A stretch of 60,502 bases of DNA from Octopus bimaculoides. Its lineage: Eukaryota. The stretch spans positions 160,163,092 through 160,223,593 of the forward strand of contig NC_068981.1 of assembly GCF_001194135.2 (NCBI RefSeq), written 5' to 3'. The translations under genes were made by a program, and so were the position numbers. Position 1 is the first letter of the stretch, and every line of letters begins with the position of its first letter. The notes below the pieces were generated by a model that did no database searches, was not told where the DNA came from, and was given only the letters and a program-made list of their open reading frames with translations. Below, piece after piece: positions 36,585 through 47,197 of this stretch.

Positions 36585-38727
36585 CCTTCCCGCGCATGTG
36601 CTGGTTGTTGTTTTCTTCCATGTGAACAGTGAGGACATGAGTGTTGAGCTCTGTCCTAAGAAGGAAAGAAAAGAACAAAAATTAAGACCAAAAGAAGTCC
36701 GTCGGGGTAGGTGATTTTGTTGTTTGGAGCTGGGCAAAATTTATTGTGTGTGAAATTTTTTTTTTTCAGTAAATTGTGCCCAGCTCTGGGGCAATTTCGC
36801 CTGCCTTGGCAGCTTAAAATTATAGCTTGTTATAGTGAGCGAAATATTGTGTTCTTATCGCCATAATGGTGGACCATGGACTTTTTCGAAAACTTCTTTG
36901 AAGTAAATTTTGTGTGGCATGTTTTCGTCTAATAACTTGTATATTCTAGTGGGCATGTTTCACTGGAAAAAGTGATACCTCATGGAATTTACCCAACTGG
37001 AATACCATAGAGAAGAACCTTGTCTATTGGATTTACCTGTTGAAGTGTTATACCAAGCCAAGGATTCCCTGTCTGTTCTATTTTTGTGAACATTGTTTTT
37101 CTTTTATTTTTTCTCTTCTTTCTTCTTCTAAATTTCGGTTTATTCTCTTTTGTAATTTCAGTTTTTTTGTCTTCTCTCTTTATTTTGTTTCTCCTCTATT
37201 TTTATTTGGACTATTTTTGTGAACTGTGTTTGAACTGTTGTTTTCCTGTGGACATGGCAGAGAAGGAACTGAAAAAGAAAAACCCTGCCTTGGAGTGGGA
37301 GGTTATTCCACCCAAGGAGTGGTTGAAAGACGTGAACAATACAACAGTGGTGCTGAGGACCTATTCTAAGTCTCTCGGCACCATCGTCCAATACAATAAG
37401 GATTGTATTGAAAAATAGTTGGCAGAATACCTGCCAACTGTAAAATTTATTTCCCGGGGGTACAAATATGCAACGGTGTGATTGCTATTTGGTACCCCCA
37501 AGGAAGCCAGTACCTTCGCGGCGAAACCACTGGAGGGGAAGGAAATTGTGTTCCGTCCCACTTATTGTGGGAGAAAAATAATAAGAGCCTGTGTGTGCGG
37601 GCTACCCCTGGGCATGGAGGCCAGATGGATTGAAGATACCATCCGGTGAGGCCTGGGGGATAGCGGGCCCACGTTGCTAAATGTAACCATGGATCCTGTG
37701 GTCAACTGGGAAGGGTCGAAGGCAACTTTGACCCTGTGGACTCCAGTGGCCGCGGGGAAAATGACTTTCCTGGACATTTTGACAATGGCAGGCTCCAGGT
37801 GTCCAGTGATACTGGAGGGTCGCCCCCTCCCAAATGTCACTCATGCCTGGAGTCGGGCCATATCAAAAAGGATTGCCCAAGAGGCTGTAGTAAGGCCCCA
37901 GAGCAGGGAGAGGTAAAGAAGCACTCTGCCCTCCCATTGCAGAGAGAGGTGGAGGAGGTTGTTGAGGAGTCAACCTCAACAAAAAGAAAAAGGAAGGTGA
38001 GCAACAGTAGTTGCTAACCAGATGATGTGCAGGCTGTGGGAGAGAAGGACCCCCCGGGTGTGCCGGTGGAGGACCTGACTCCCGCAACCAGGAAAAAAAA
38101 AAGAAAAAGAGAAAAGGAAGAAGGTCGGTGAATGTTGATGTGCCACTGACCGAATCCGAGTCTCCTCCGATGGGAAGTGTGTCACTGGAGAGAGAGGCTC
38201 TGTCAGTGGGGACTGTGTCACTGACAGAGCAGGTTGAGGTCCCTCCCTGTGAGATGAGGGTGGAATTGGTCATTTTCTTCCTCAGAGAGGGACTTGTAGA
38301 GAGGTTCTTGGACTGTCTTTTGGACTAGAGCAGTATGAATCGGTCTGTATAGACAGTTCATGTTGACCTCGCAGGTGGCTGCGGAGGTCATCTCACAAAA
38401 GGAATTAATGGAGGTCAGGAAGACCTGCAATAGTGAGGATTTTGGTTCCCTCCGTCCGGGCCTGCCAATGCCAGATTTCCTACAGGCACCAGGAATCTTG
38501 CTTGGGGGCCCGGATGAGGAAGATTGAAGAAAAATTGAACTTTTGAATTTCTGTGAAATTTCTAATTGTTAAATTGAACTATGTTTTTGAGGGGTTATTG
38601 GTCGGCAGGCGCTGGTGTCCCTCTCATTTTTTCATTTTTCCGTTATCATATTCATCTCATTAATGTCTCTGTCTAGCCTGCAGTTTCTTAATCTATATAC
38701 AGCCTTTATGGCTAATATAATGAAATA
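36585..38727 (+). mobile_element. ORF1-only non-LTR retroelement (Tx1/L1-like ORF1, HAL1-type architecture), 2143 bp, with a 9-bp TSD
   Basis: TSD AAGAAGCTT at 36576-36584 and 38728-38736. About 670 bp of 5' leader, one decayed ORF and about 200 bp of 3' region ending in AATAAA-like sequence. The host SINE A resumes exactly after the right TSD. Confidence 0.75.
37254..38527 (+). pseudogene. Decayed ORF1/gag-like protein with a CCHC zinc knuckle and K/E-rich C-terminal half
   Basis: Reads MAEKELKKKNPALEWEVIPP...FISRGYKYATV*LLFGTPKEASTFAAKPL...PTYCGRKIIRACVCGLPLG...VILEGRP (frameshift) PKCHSCLESGHIKKDCPR (C-x2-C-x4-H-x4-C at 37835-37876)...GGPDEED*. In-frame stops at 37416, 37479 and 37647, plus frameshifts. 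Confidence 0.8.
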
Positions 38728-39090
38728 AAGAAGCTTGCTTCTTAACCACATGGTTCCAGGTTCAGTCCCACTCTGTGGCACCTTGGGCAAGTGTCTTCTA
38801 CTAAAGCCTCAGGCCAACCAAAGCCTTGTGAGTGGATTTGGTAGATGGAAGCTGAAAGACTGTCATGTATATGTGTGTGTGTGTCTGTGTTTGTCCCCTC
38901 GTCACCACTTGACAACTGATGTTGGTGTGTTTACATCCCCATAACTTAGCAGTTCAACAAAAGATACTGATAGAATAAGTACCAAGCTTAAAAAATAAGT
39001 ACTGCGGTTGATTCATTTGACTAAAAAAAAATTCAAGGCGGTGCCCCAGCATGGCCACAGTCTAATGACAAACAAGTAAAAAGTAAAAGA
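38728..39090 (+). mobile_element. SINE family A, 3' part (its head stub is at ~36567-36584)
   Basis: aagaagcttgcttcttaaccacatggttccaggttcagtcccac...ggcggtgccccagcatggccacagtctaatgacaaacaagtaaaaag. Confidence 0.9.
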
Positions 39091-39299
39091 TAAAGATAGA
39101 CTTTATTGCACACTCATCCATTCCATAGTAGCATTTAAAAAGAATGGCATTAAATCAATGATAACAGGGAACTATGTATATCAAGCCTTAGGACATTCTC
39201 ATCCTTTTTATTAACATAAGAAATGTCAGCATAGTTGTGCTGTTGTTTTCCATTTCTAGTGTTAGTTGGATATTGTAGGATTTTCCATATTTTGCAGTG

Positions 39300-39518
39300 T
39301 TATTCTTTTACCTGTTTCAGTCATTTGACTGTGGCCATGTTGAAGCACTGCCTTGAAGGGTCTTAGTCAAACAAATCAACCCCAAGACCTATTTTTTTTA
39401 AAGCTTAGTACTTATTTCATAAGTCTTTTTTGCCACACTGCTAAGTTATGGGGACATAAACACACCAGCATCGGTTGTCAAGCAGTGATGTGGGGGACAA
39501 ACACAGATAAAAAGAGCA

Positions 39519-39520
<2 letters not shown>
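39300..39520 (-). mobile_element. SINE family A, 3' module
   Basis: tgtttcagtcatttgactgtggccatg...agtacttatt...ccacactgctaagttatggggacataaacacaccagcatcggttgtcaagc. Confidence 0.85.
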
Positions 39521-39564
<44 letters not shown>

Positions 39565-39570
<6 letters not shown>

Positions 39571-39920
39571 TTATTCCATCTCATGCACAGATTTTTTAAT
39601 TAATTTTTTTTAATTAAACACTTTGAAACTTTGGATACTGGTAGAATGTGTCACTTAGAACAGGGTTTACTCTTAACGTTTTGGATAAAGTTTTGTATTT
39701 TTGAAGTTATTTCATGTTAAAGTTGTATTTGGGTAATTTTAATCAATGACATGTATTCAGCTGAAGAAAATTACTGCTGCTGTTTGTGAACAACTTCCAG
39801 GTCCATTGACAAAACGATGAATCTTCGACAACAGAAAAATTGAAGCTAAAGATCTCCCCTAATAAAACTTTCTTTAATAACCAGAGATGATTTTATAGCA
39901 ACATATATGAGAATGTATCC

Positions 39921-39963
<43 letters not shown>

Positions 39964-40675
39964 AAATTTTGTTAATTTGTGTTCTAAACACCTGTTTAAT
40001 TACAACAATATTATATTACTAAATTCTTTCTATTTCTAAAACTAATTGAAACAAAAATAATGCATTTCAATAGGAATATGATAATAAAGGGATTAAAAAA
40101 TTTTAAGGATCTCTGTGAAGATGTTCTTTCTCTCTGCTTATGTCAATACTCTGCACAGTGTTTATGTAAGATGTGCGAAATTAAATGATTGTAAAATATG
40201 GACCATAAAGATGAAGATACACTTAATGAATATACTGACTATGATTTTCCAAATATTTGTTTCTAACTTAAGAAACAGATTGTATGCAGCTGGATGAAAG
40301 ACAGTAATTATTCAAGCTGTTCTCATAAAATTGCTTGGACGATTTCGTAATATGAAGAAAAGGTTGCATTGCCAATAATTTTTAGGCTACAAAAATTGAA
40401 ATAGGAGTTATCAAGTGTGGATCATGCATTCATTTTTTGACTTGAAATATTGAAAATTTATTTCTGAGATGACATTCTGTGAAAGTAGAATTGATCGAAA
40501 GTAATATTTTTGTAGAGTTTGGGAGATGAAACTTAATGAATGCAAGGAAGAGAAGGTAATTCACATGCATTGTGTGACTGTTAAGATAGAAGTATTAATC
40601 AGTCAAATGACAAGGGTAAGCTTGTATATAGTATTTAGATCAGAACTCATTTTTGCACAAGGTAAAAATAGCTTT
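39565..40675. mobile_element. Probable decayed non-autonomous DNA transposon
   Basis: Weak inverted ends (tagggtttattccatctcatgcaca / tgcacaaggtaaaaatagcttta). The 39650-39770 part is homologous to 56620-56720 in reverse orientation. Confidence 0.35.
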
Positions 40676-40699
40676 AAAATATTCCTTTGTATGTACCTT

Positions 40700-41090
40700 T
40701 GTGGGGCAGGCATGACTGTGTGGTTAAGCTTGTTTTGCAATCACATGGTTTTGGGATCAGTCCCAGTGTGTGGCACCCTGGGCAAATGTCTGCTACCATA
40801 TCCCTGGTCCAATTTATGCCTTATTACTGAATTTGGTAGATAGAAACTGTGTAGAAACCCATCATATATGTGTGTTTGTGTCTGTGTTTATCCCTCCACA
40901 CCACTTAACAACCATTGTTGGCTTGTTTACATCCATTTAACTTAGCAGTTGGGCAAAAAGACACTGATAGAATAAGTACCAGACTTATAAAAATAAATAC
41001 TGGAATTTATTTGTTTGACTAAAACCCTTCAGGACAGTGCCCCAGCATGGTCACAGTTCAGTGACTGAAACACGTAAAAAATAGATACCT
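40700..41090 (+). mobile_element. SINE family A, full length and diverged
   Basis: Head gcaggcatgactgtgtggttaag through tail cagcatggtcacagttcagtgactgaaacacgtaaaa. Confidence 0.85.
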
Positions 41091-41271
41091 ATCCAAAATA
41101 CCTGGAAAATAATATCAGTTTAATTGATAATAAAGATGATGATGTCTCTTCATTTGTTATGTTGCAGTAACAGAATGCATCTCTTAAAGTATAAATTTTT
41201 TCTGGTAGGATCACAAATTAATTAATAGTAATTAATTGAAAAAAGAAACTGAACTTTATTTTCCTCTTCAG

Positions 41272-41414
41272 CAATCAAAACTCATTCATCAACCCGTCCC
41301 GTTTTGATATTTGTGTCATCACGAAGGCAAACCCGTTTGACTGCTCTAGATTTAATTGGATTTCTGGCAAATGAAGACAATCCAAAACAGTGGCTGCAGA
41401 TGCCTGATGAAGAG
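41272..41414 (+). CDS. ASCC3: ASCC3 internal exon (motif IV); last exon found in window
   Basis: ttcctcttcAG|41272 and 41414|GTAAGG. Translates (A)[47 protein letters not shown]. Confidence 0.95.
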
Positions 41415-42985
41415 GTAAGGACATTTTTATATCTTCACCTAATATATCAAAACATTTTCATACTTCACTCTTATACTTCATTTTTTATATTTACGTGTTT
41501 TTTACTAACAAAATATGATTAATATCCATATCATTACTCATATACACACATGCAAGACATATTGCAATATATTAAAATTTTAAAAATGTTAATGTTTTTA
41601 AATTATTAAGCAGTACAACATATCTAAAAAGTATTTTATAAATGTAAAATAATTTCACTTTCAGTAAACTATGTCATCTATCTGAGCCACATTTAAAAAA
41701 AAAAAAAAACATGTATTTCAGTATTTAATTTAATCTAAATATCATAATTATCCATTTTTTTTTATATTGTATGAATTTACTGCAACAAATTGGTTGTTTT
41801 TCATAATTGTGCTCATTTCTTTTTCAATGATTTATCTAAATGCCAATATTAATATTTAAAAAAAAAAACTTTAATTTTTATCTAAATGAATCCTCTTATC
41901 TTGGTATCTGAATGTATTTCTAAAATGAAAAAACAAAACAAAAAAAAATTTGATTATTTTATAAATCAATATCTTAAACTATATCATTTCGGTTGGCACC
42001 CCAAATATATATCTATCAAAATTTTCTTCAGTTGAAAACAGAAAAATTTACAGACTATTTGCTAGGTTGGTTTAACCAACAATTCATACACACACTGTAA
42101 ATACTATGAACGATAAAAAATCACTAGAGGGTTTAACAGGCATGGTATTAGCTGAACACTTTAATGTTTCGAATGTTAGTCCTTCATCAGAAGAAAGCAA
42201 AAAGTATAGAGGGAGTGAGAAGGAAAGGGGAAAAAAACAAAGGATTAGAAACCAAATGGGAGCGCGCTTCTTAGCTAGGGAGTTAAGAAGGGGTGGATGT
42301 ATCTGTGCAAGTGTAGGAGTGTTTCCACGTCTGCAAGTGAGCGTAGGGGAAGAGTGGTGTGTGTGTGTGTAGTTTTGTGGGATGTTTGATTGTGTGTAAA
42401 ACTGGGCAAGTGTAGAAGTGTTAGTGATGTAGGTTAATAGTTGTGTAAGGTGTTAGTATTCAATACCAAAGGGAGAATTATATTAATGATTGTAATTACT
42501 GACACTTTACACCTGAGTGTATATATTTCATGTTTCCAATCATCAAACTGGATATGAAGCATGATATAAATAAATTATCTGTCGCTCAGAATATATAGGT
42601 AAGTACCCAAAGATAAAGAGCTGGGATAAATAGATGAGAAGTGAAAGAAAAAGGAGGAAAATTTTGGCATTTTCTCATAATGATTGATGAGTGTCTGAAG
42701 GTGAAATTTTTGTATGTTTATTTGCTGGTTTGTCTTTAGAATTAAAATTAAGTGTGGGTGATTAATTGCAAATTTGTAAAACTGTAAATTGCATGATAAA
42801 ATATGTCACACACATTTCAGTAAAATTTCAAAATTATGAATATTACATGGGATTCAACATACACACTAATGTACTCTTGCACATATAAATACACTGTAAG
42901 AATTATTTGTTGAAGGTTAATAGAATAAATGATAAATAATAGGAATAACAAAAGGAAATAGAAGAAGAAAAATAATGAATAGAAT

Positions 42986-43143
42986 ACTCTCAGAGTGGTT
43001 GGCATTAGGAAGGGCATTCAGCTGTAGAAACTCTGCCAAATCAGATTGGAGCCTGGTGTAGCCTCCTGGTCCACCAGTCCTCAGTCAAATCGTCCAACCC
43101 ATCCTAGCATGGAAAGCGGACGTTAAACGACGATGATGATGAT
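42986..43143 (+). mobile_element. Family B short element, young copy
   Basis: Same sequence as 26957-27103; ends gttaaacgacgatgatgatgat. Confidence 0.9.
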
Positions 43144-44072
43144 TATGAAACTTTTAAATGTTAATGTGCCTGTATCCATGATGTTTCCTCTTTCCTTTAA
43201 TGCCTCTCATGTATGGCTTAGGAAGTAGATTTTTTAGGCTAGATTTTTATGCCCAGATACTCTTCCTGTTGCCAACTCTTAAGTTTTTCAAGTAAAGGAT
43301 TTTTATTTCAGAAGAATCCAAAATCACTGAGCTAGCAAGTGATTTGTTGACAGGAAATGTCAACAAACTTGACATGTAGTAACCCAAATCTGAATGATGA
43401 CATTTATAGCTCAGCTTCAAACTGTGGTGTCAGCTCACTGTAGTTTTGTAAACATTCACTTGGACATGTGCACATATGCGCGCACACACATGTATAGTAT
43501 ACTTAGGTACAGACATGAAATTCAAGACAATACAGTGTGTATATATCAAAGGTGGGCACCGTTAATCGAAAAATTAATTTTGTTAACCGTTAATCTGTTA
43601 CCCAAGAAGTTAACTTCAATAACCGTTAACCAGTTAATTCTTTAAAAATACAACAGAAGTTATCAATAAACTGTTAGCGTTAATTTTCATTGAAGAAAAA
43701 ACAAAAAAAACCCAGTTTTTGCTCTTAAGACCACGTAAAAACACCTTTAAAAAGTGCCAAAACTTTAAAATCAGCCGCTTTTGGCCTTTTTAGGGGTTTT
43801 AGAACCCCAAAACTATATTTTTTTTTTCTTTTCTGATTTCATAGTTTTCGCCCTTTTTTAGGTTTTTAAAGCCTTTTAGAGCCAGAAGAGGGTAAAAAAA
43901 ATTCAAATGAAACAATATTAGTATTAAACTAAAGTTTATTGATAAAGTGGCCATAAAAAAAAGAAAAGGAAAAACACAATATATAGATAATTTAACTTTT
44001 CCTCTTCTAGTTAATGAGATTGGTCATGTGAATTTTCCAAGTCCTCTGTGTGTGTGTGTGTGTGTGTGTCCG

Positions 44073-44726
44073 NNNNNNNNNNNNNNNNNNNNNNNNNNNN
44101 NNNNNNNNNNNNNNNNNNNNNNNNNNNNNNNNNNNNNNNNNNNNNNNNNNNNNNNNNNNNNNNNNNNNNNNNNNNNNNNNNNNNNNNNNNNNNNNNNNNN
44201 NNNNNNNNNNNNNNNNNNNNNNNNNNNNNNNNNNNNNNNNNNNNNNNNNNNNNNNNNNNNNNNNNNNNNNNNNNNNNNNNNNNNNNNNNNNNNNNNNNNN
44301 NNNNNNNNNNNNNNNNNNNNNNNNNNNNNNNNNNNNNNNNNNNNNNNNNNNNNNNNNNNNNNNNNNNNNNNNNNNNNNNNNNNNNNNNNNNNNNNNNNNN
44401 NNNNNNNNNNNNNNNNNNNNNNNNNNNNNNNNNNNNNNNNNNNNNNNNNNNNNNNNNNNNNNNNNNNNNNNNNNNNNNNNNNNNNNNNNNNNNNNNNNNN
44501 NNNNNNNNNNNNNNNNNNNNNNNNNNNNNNNNNNNNNNNNNNNNNNNNNNNNNNNNNNNNNNNNNNNNNNNNNNNNNNNNNNNNNNNNNNNNNNNNNNNN
44601 NNNNNNNNNNNNNNNNNNNNNNNNNNNNNNNNNNNNNNNNNNNNNNNNNNNNNNNNNNNNNNNNNNNNNNNNNNNNNNNNNNNNNNNNNNNNNNNNNNNN
44701 NNNNNNNNNNNNNNNNNNNNNNNNNN
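44073..44726. other. Assembly gap (654 N)
   Basis: N run. Confidence 1.
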
Positions 44727-44955
44727 CATGCTTGAGAAATGTATTTTCCTGCTCACTCTTCTAATTTATTCTTTTAAATAGTAGTTTTTTTAGAAGGTAT
44801 GCTAGCATTTTTGATGGAGAATTTCAACAGATACCTATCCATATTCAGCTATGTGGGTATGTCATCTTGTTGCAGTATTCTACCACATGGGTAAGGGTTG
44901 CATATTGTATGTAATATTTATCTTTTCCAAATTTTACTGAAATGTGTATGCACTA

Positions 44956-46325
44956 TGAGGTTTGGCTGAAAAGTTTTATAGACTGACCAAGATATTCTCA
45001 TGGACAACATGATTCCCCTTGCAATCCACACACTTTTTTTTATCAGTTTTGTGGTACTTGGGTCTCATTGGTGAAGAAGCTTTCATCCTGTTGGTCAAAA
45101 AAGTCATAAATAACATTGGATCCTAGTCAAGTGTTTCTTCATGTTGGGGAACAGATGATGGTCAGATGGGGCCAAAATCAAGAGAATAGAGAGGATGATC
45201 AACCAATTCAGGGCCACAGTCATGCACAGCAGCCATTGAAAATAAAGACATGTGTGCTAGAGTATTGTCCCAATGAAACAAGACACTTTTTGTTAGTTTT
45301 CTTGGGCATTTGGTCTTGATAGCCTTTTGTAACCACCTCAGCAAGTTGGCATGGTACTGTCCATTGTTAGTGTGGCCCTTTTCAAGATAGTCAACAAACA
45401 CAATGCCTCTTGCACCTCAAAAAGCTGAGGCCATCACCTTCTTTGGAGCAGGTGAAGAGGAATGTCTCCACTGCATGAATTCTGTTTGTGTCTGTTTCAG
45501 AGTGATGAACCCAGCACTCATCTTGGACTAGGAAACATTCAAGGAAACTAGCTGGATCTACCTCAGACAAAATCAGATTTTCCTGTGATGTGATCAGCCC
45601 AGTTTGCTTTTAATCAGATGTCAGAAGACAGGACCCCCCCCCATTGAGTAGAAACCTTCATCATGCAAAGTTCATTGTGTAGAATATTGTTAACTCTCTC
45701 ACAGGATATGCTAATAGCATTGACAATTTGATTTATAGTCAATTGCCTCTCATCCATCACCTTGTGGTGAACACAATCAATGTTTTCCTCAGTGTTGGTA
45801 GTTGCAGGACGTTCAGACCTTAGGTCATGCTTGAGACTGCTTTCCTGTACTAAATTCAGCTACCCGCCTTTGCACTGTTGATAAAGCTGGAACATCATCC
45901 CCTAATGTAGCAATAATGTTGACATGAATGTTACTGGGGCTAAAAACTTTTTACGCAGGTATTTGATAACACCACAATGCCACATTTTATCTATTTTCAA
46001 GAGAAATCACTACTAGTTGCTTTTGAAGTCTTCTTCAAACAGTCGTATGTCAGTTGACCTGGAAAGAAACAATTATCGTCGGCGTCGTTTAACATCCGCT
46101 TTCGATGCTGGTATGGGTTGGACGGTTTGACTGAGGGCTGGTAAGCCAGAAGGCTGCACCAGGCTCCAGTCTGATCTGGTAAAGTTTCTACAGCTGGATG
46201 CCCTTCCTAATGCCAATCACTCTGAGAGTGTAGTGGGTGCTTTTTACGTGCCACCAGCACAAGGGCCATGCAGTTACTAAAAAGAAGAGCTGAACTTAAT
46301 GCATGAACTTTTCAACCCACCCTTA
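44956..46325 (-). mobile_element. Second mariner fossil (different subfamily), TA-flanked, with both TIRs
   Basis: TIRs ta-tgaggtttggctgaaaagttt and gaacttttcaacccaccctta-ta. Minus-strand peptides GVIKYL...ALSTVQRRVAEF, QDECWVHH, MQWRHSSSPAPKK, VFVDYLEKGHT..GQYHANLL, LFHWDNTLAH, LVDHPLYSLD and KKCVDCKG. Confidence 0.88.
46075..46265 (-). mobile_element. Family B element nested in the mariner 5' region
   Basis: cgtcggcgtcgtttaacatccgctttc...ctggatgcccttcctaatgccaatcactctgagagtgtagtgggtgc. Confidence 0.88.
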
Positions 46326-47030
46326 TACATGTATCATTAACAGATGTAAAATATTTTTGTTTACTCTGTATTGAAGTGTATCTGCAGTTAACACGTCAAA
46401 ACAAACTTTTTAACTGACACTAAAATTGACCATAAAAAGAAAACTGATACACTATAAATTTTACTAGGTAACATCTGGGTAGTATTGATGTGATAAAATT
46501 TAATGCTATGAACATATGCATTGTTCTTTTTGTGGTTTATAGATTTACAATCCTGGAGAATTAAGTATATAAAAAAAAAGTAACTTGGCAGAAATAATTG
46601 TTTGAAGACACTGAGATAAATATACTGTTGCTCATGGAAGTTATAGCTACTTTGGCATAAGAAATACAGAGAGCGTCAAATTTCTATGTACTATGACATC
46701 CATGAATAAATTCATCATCTAATAATAACTGTATGCAATTCCTAGTTGAGGCATTTCACTTATGCCTTCTACCTGCCATTTACAACTCTGATCACTTGCT
46801 CTGGCAAACTGAATGAAGATAACTAAATAACTAGATTAGAACAATGACTTGAGAAAATAAGTCAACCAACTGATTATCATTTAGTTAAGTATTGTTGAGA
46901 GAGAGATTGTTCTGAAACTGTCTAACTTCAGAAAAGTGTGCTGTCTGCCAACAGAGTCCAAGATAAAAGCAAGTGCTTACATTGGCAGGAAGACAAGGCA
47001 ACTAGTTATTTTCAAAAAGCAATTAGGAGT

Positions 47031-47197
47031 TACTGTATTTATTCATGTATAAGTTGCACCCCTAATTTAGTCTTAAATCTTTGTACAAAACAATTTCGCT
47101 TCATAGTTTTAGCTTTGCTCCATGTATAACTTGCCCCTCAGTTTTTTCAGTTAAAATCAAGTATGAAATAGTGTGACTTATACACAAATACTGTGTA
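47031..47197. mobile_element. pogo/Tc1-type MITE
   Basis: Imperfect TIRs tactgtatttattcatgtataagttgcacc and gtgtgacttatacacaaatactgtgta, with TA ends. Confidence 0.6.

Noticed and set aside
37086-37253. Hydrophobic F/L-rich N-terminal extension suggesting a membrane protein
   Set aside because: It is the translation of a T-rich leader; the credible start is ATG at 37254.
37863-38273. 136-aa and 81-aa minus-strand ORFs
   Set aside because: They are antisense shadows of the GC-rich ORF1 pseudogene.
3699-41414. SNRNP200/Brr2 or another Ski2-like helicase as the host gene
   Set aside because: The peptides ([60 protein letters not shown]) match the ASCC3 C-terminal cassette as I know it.
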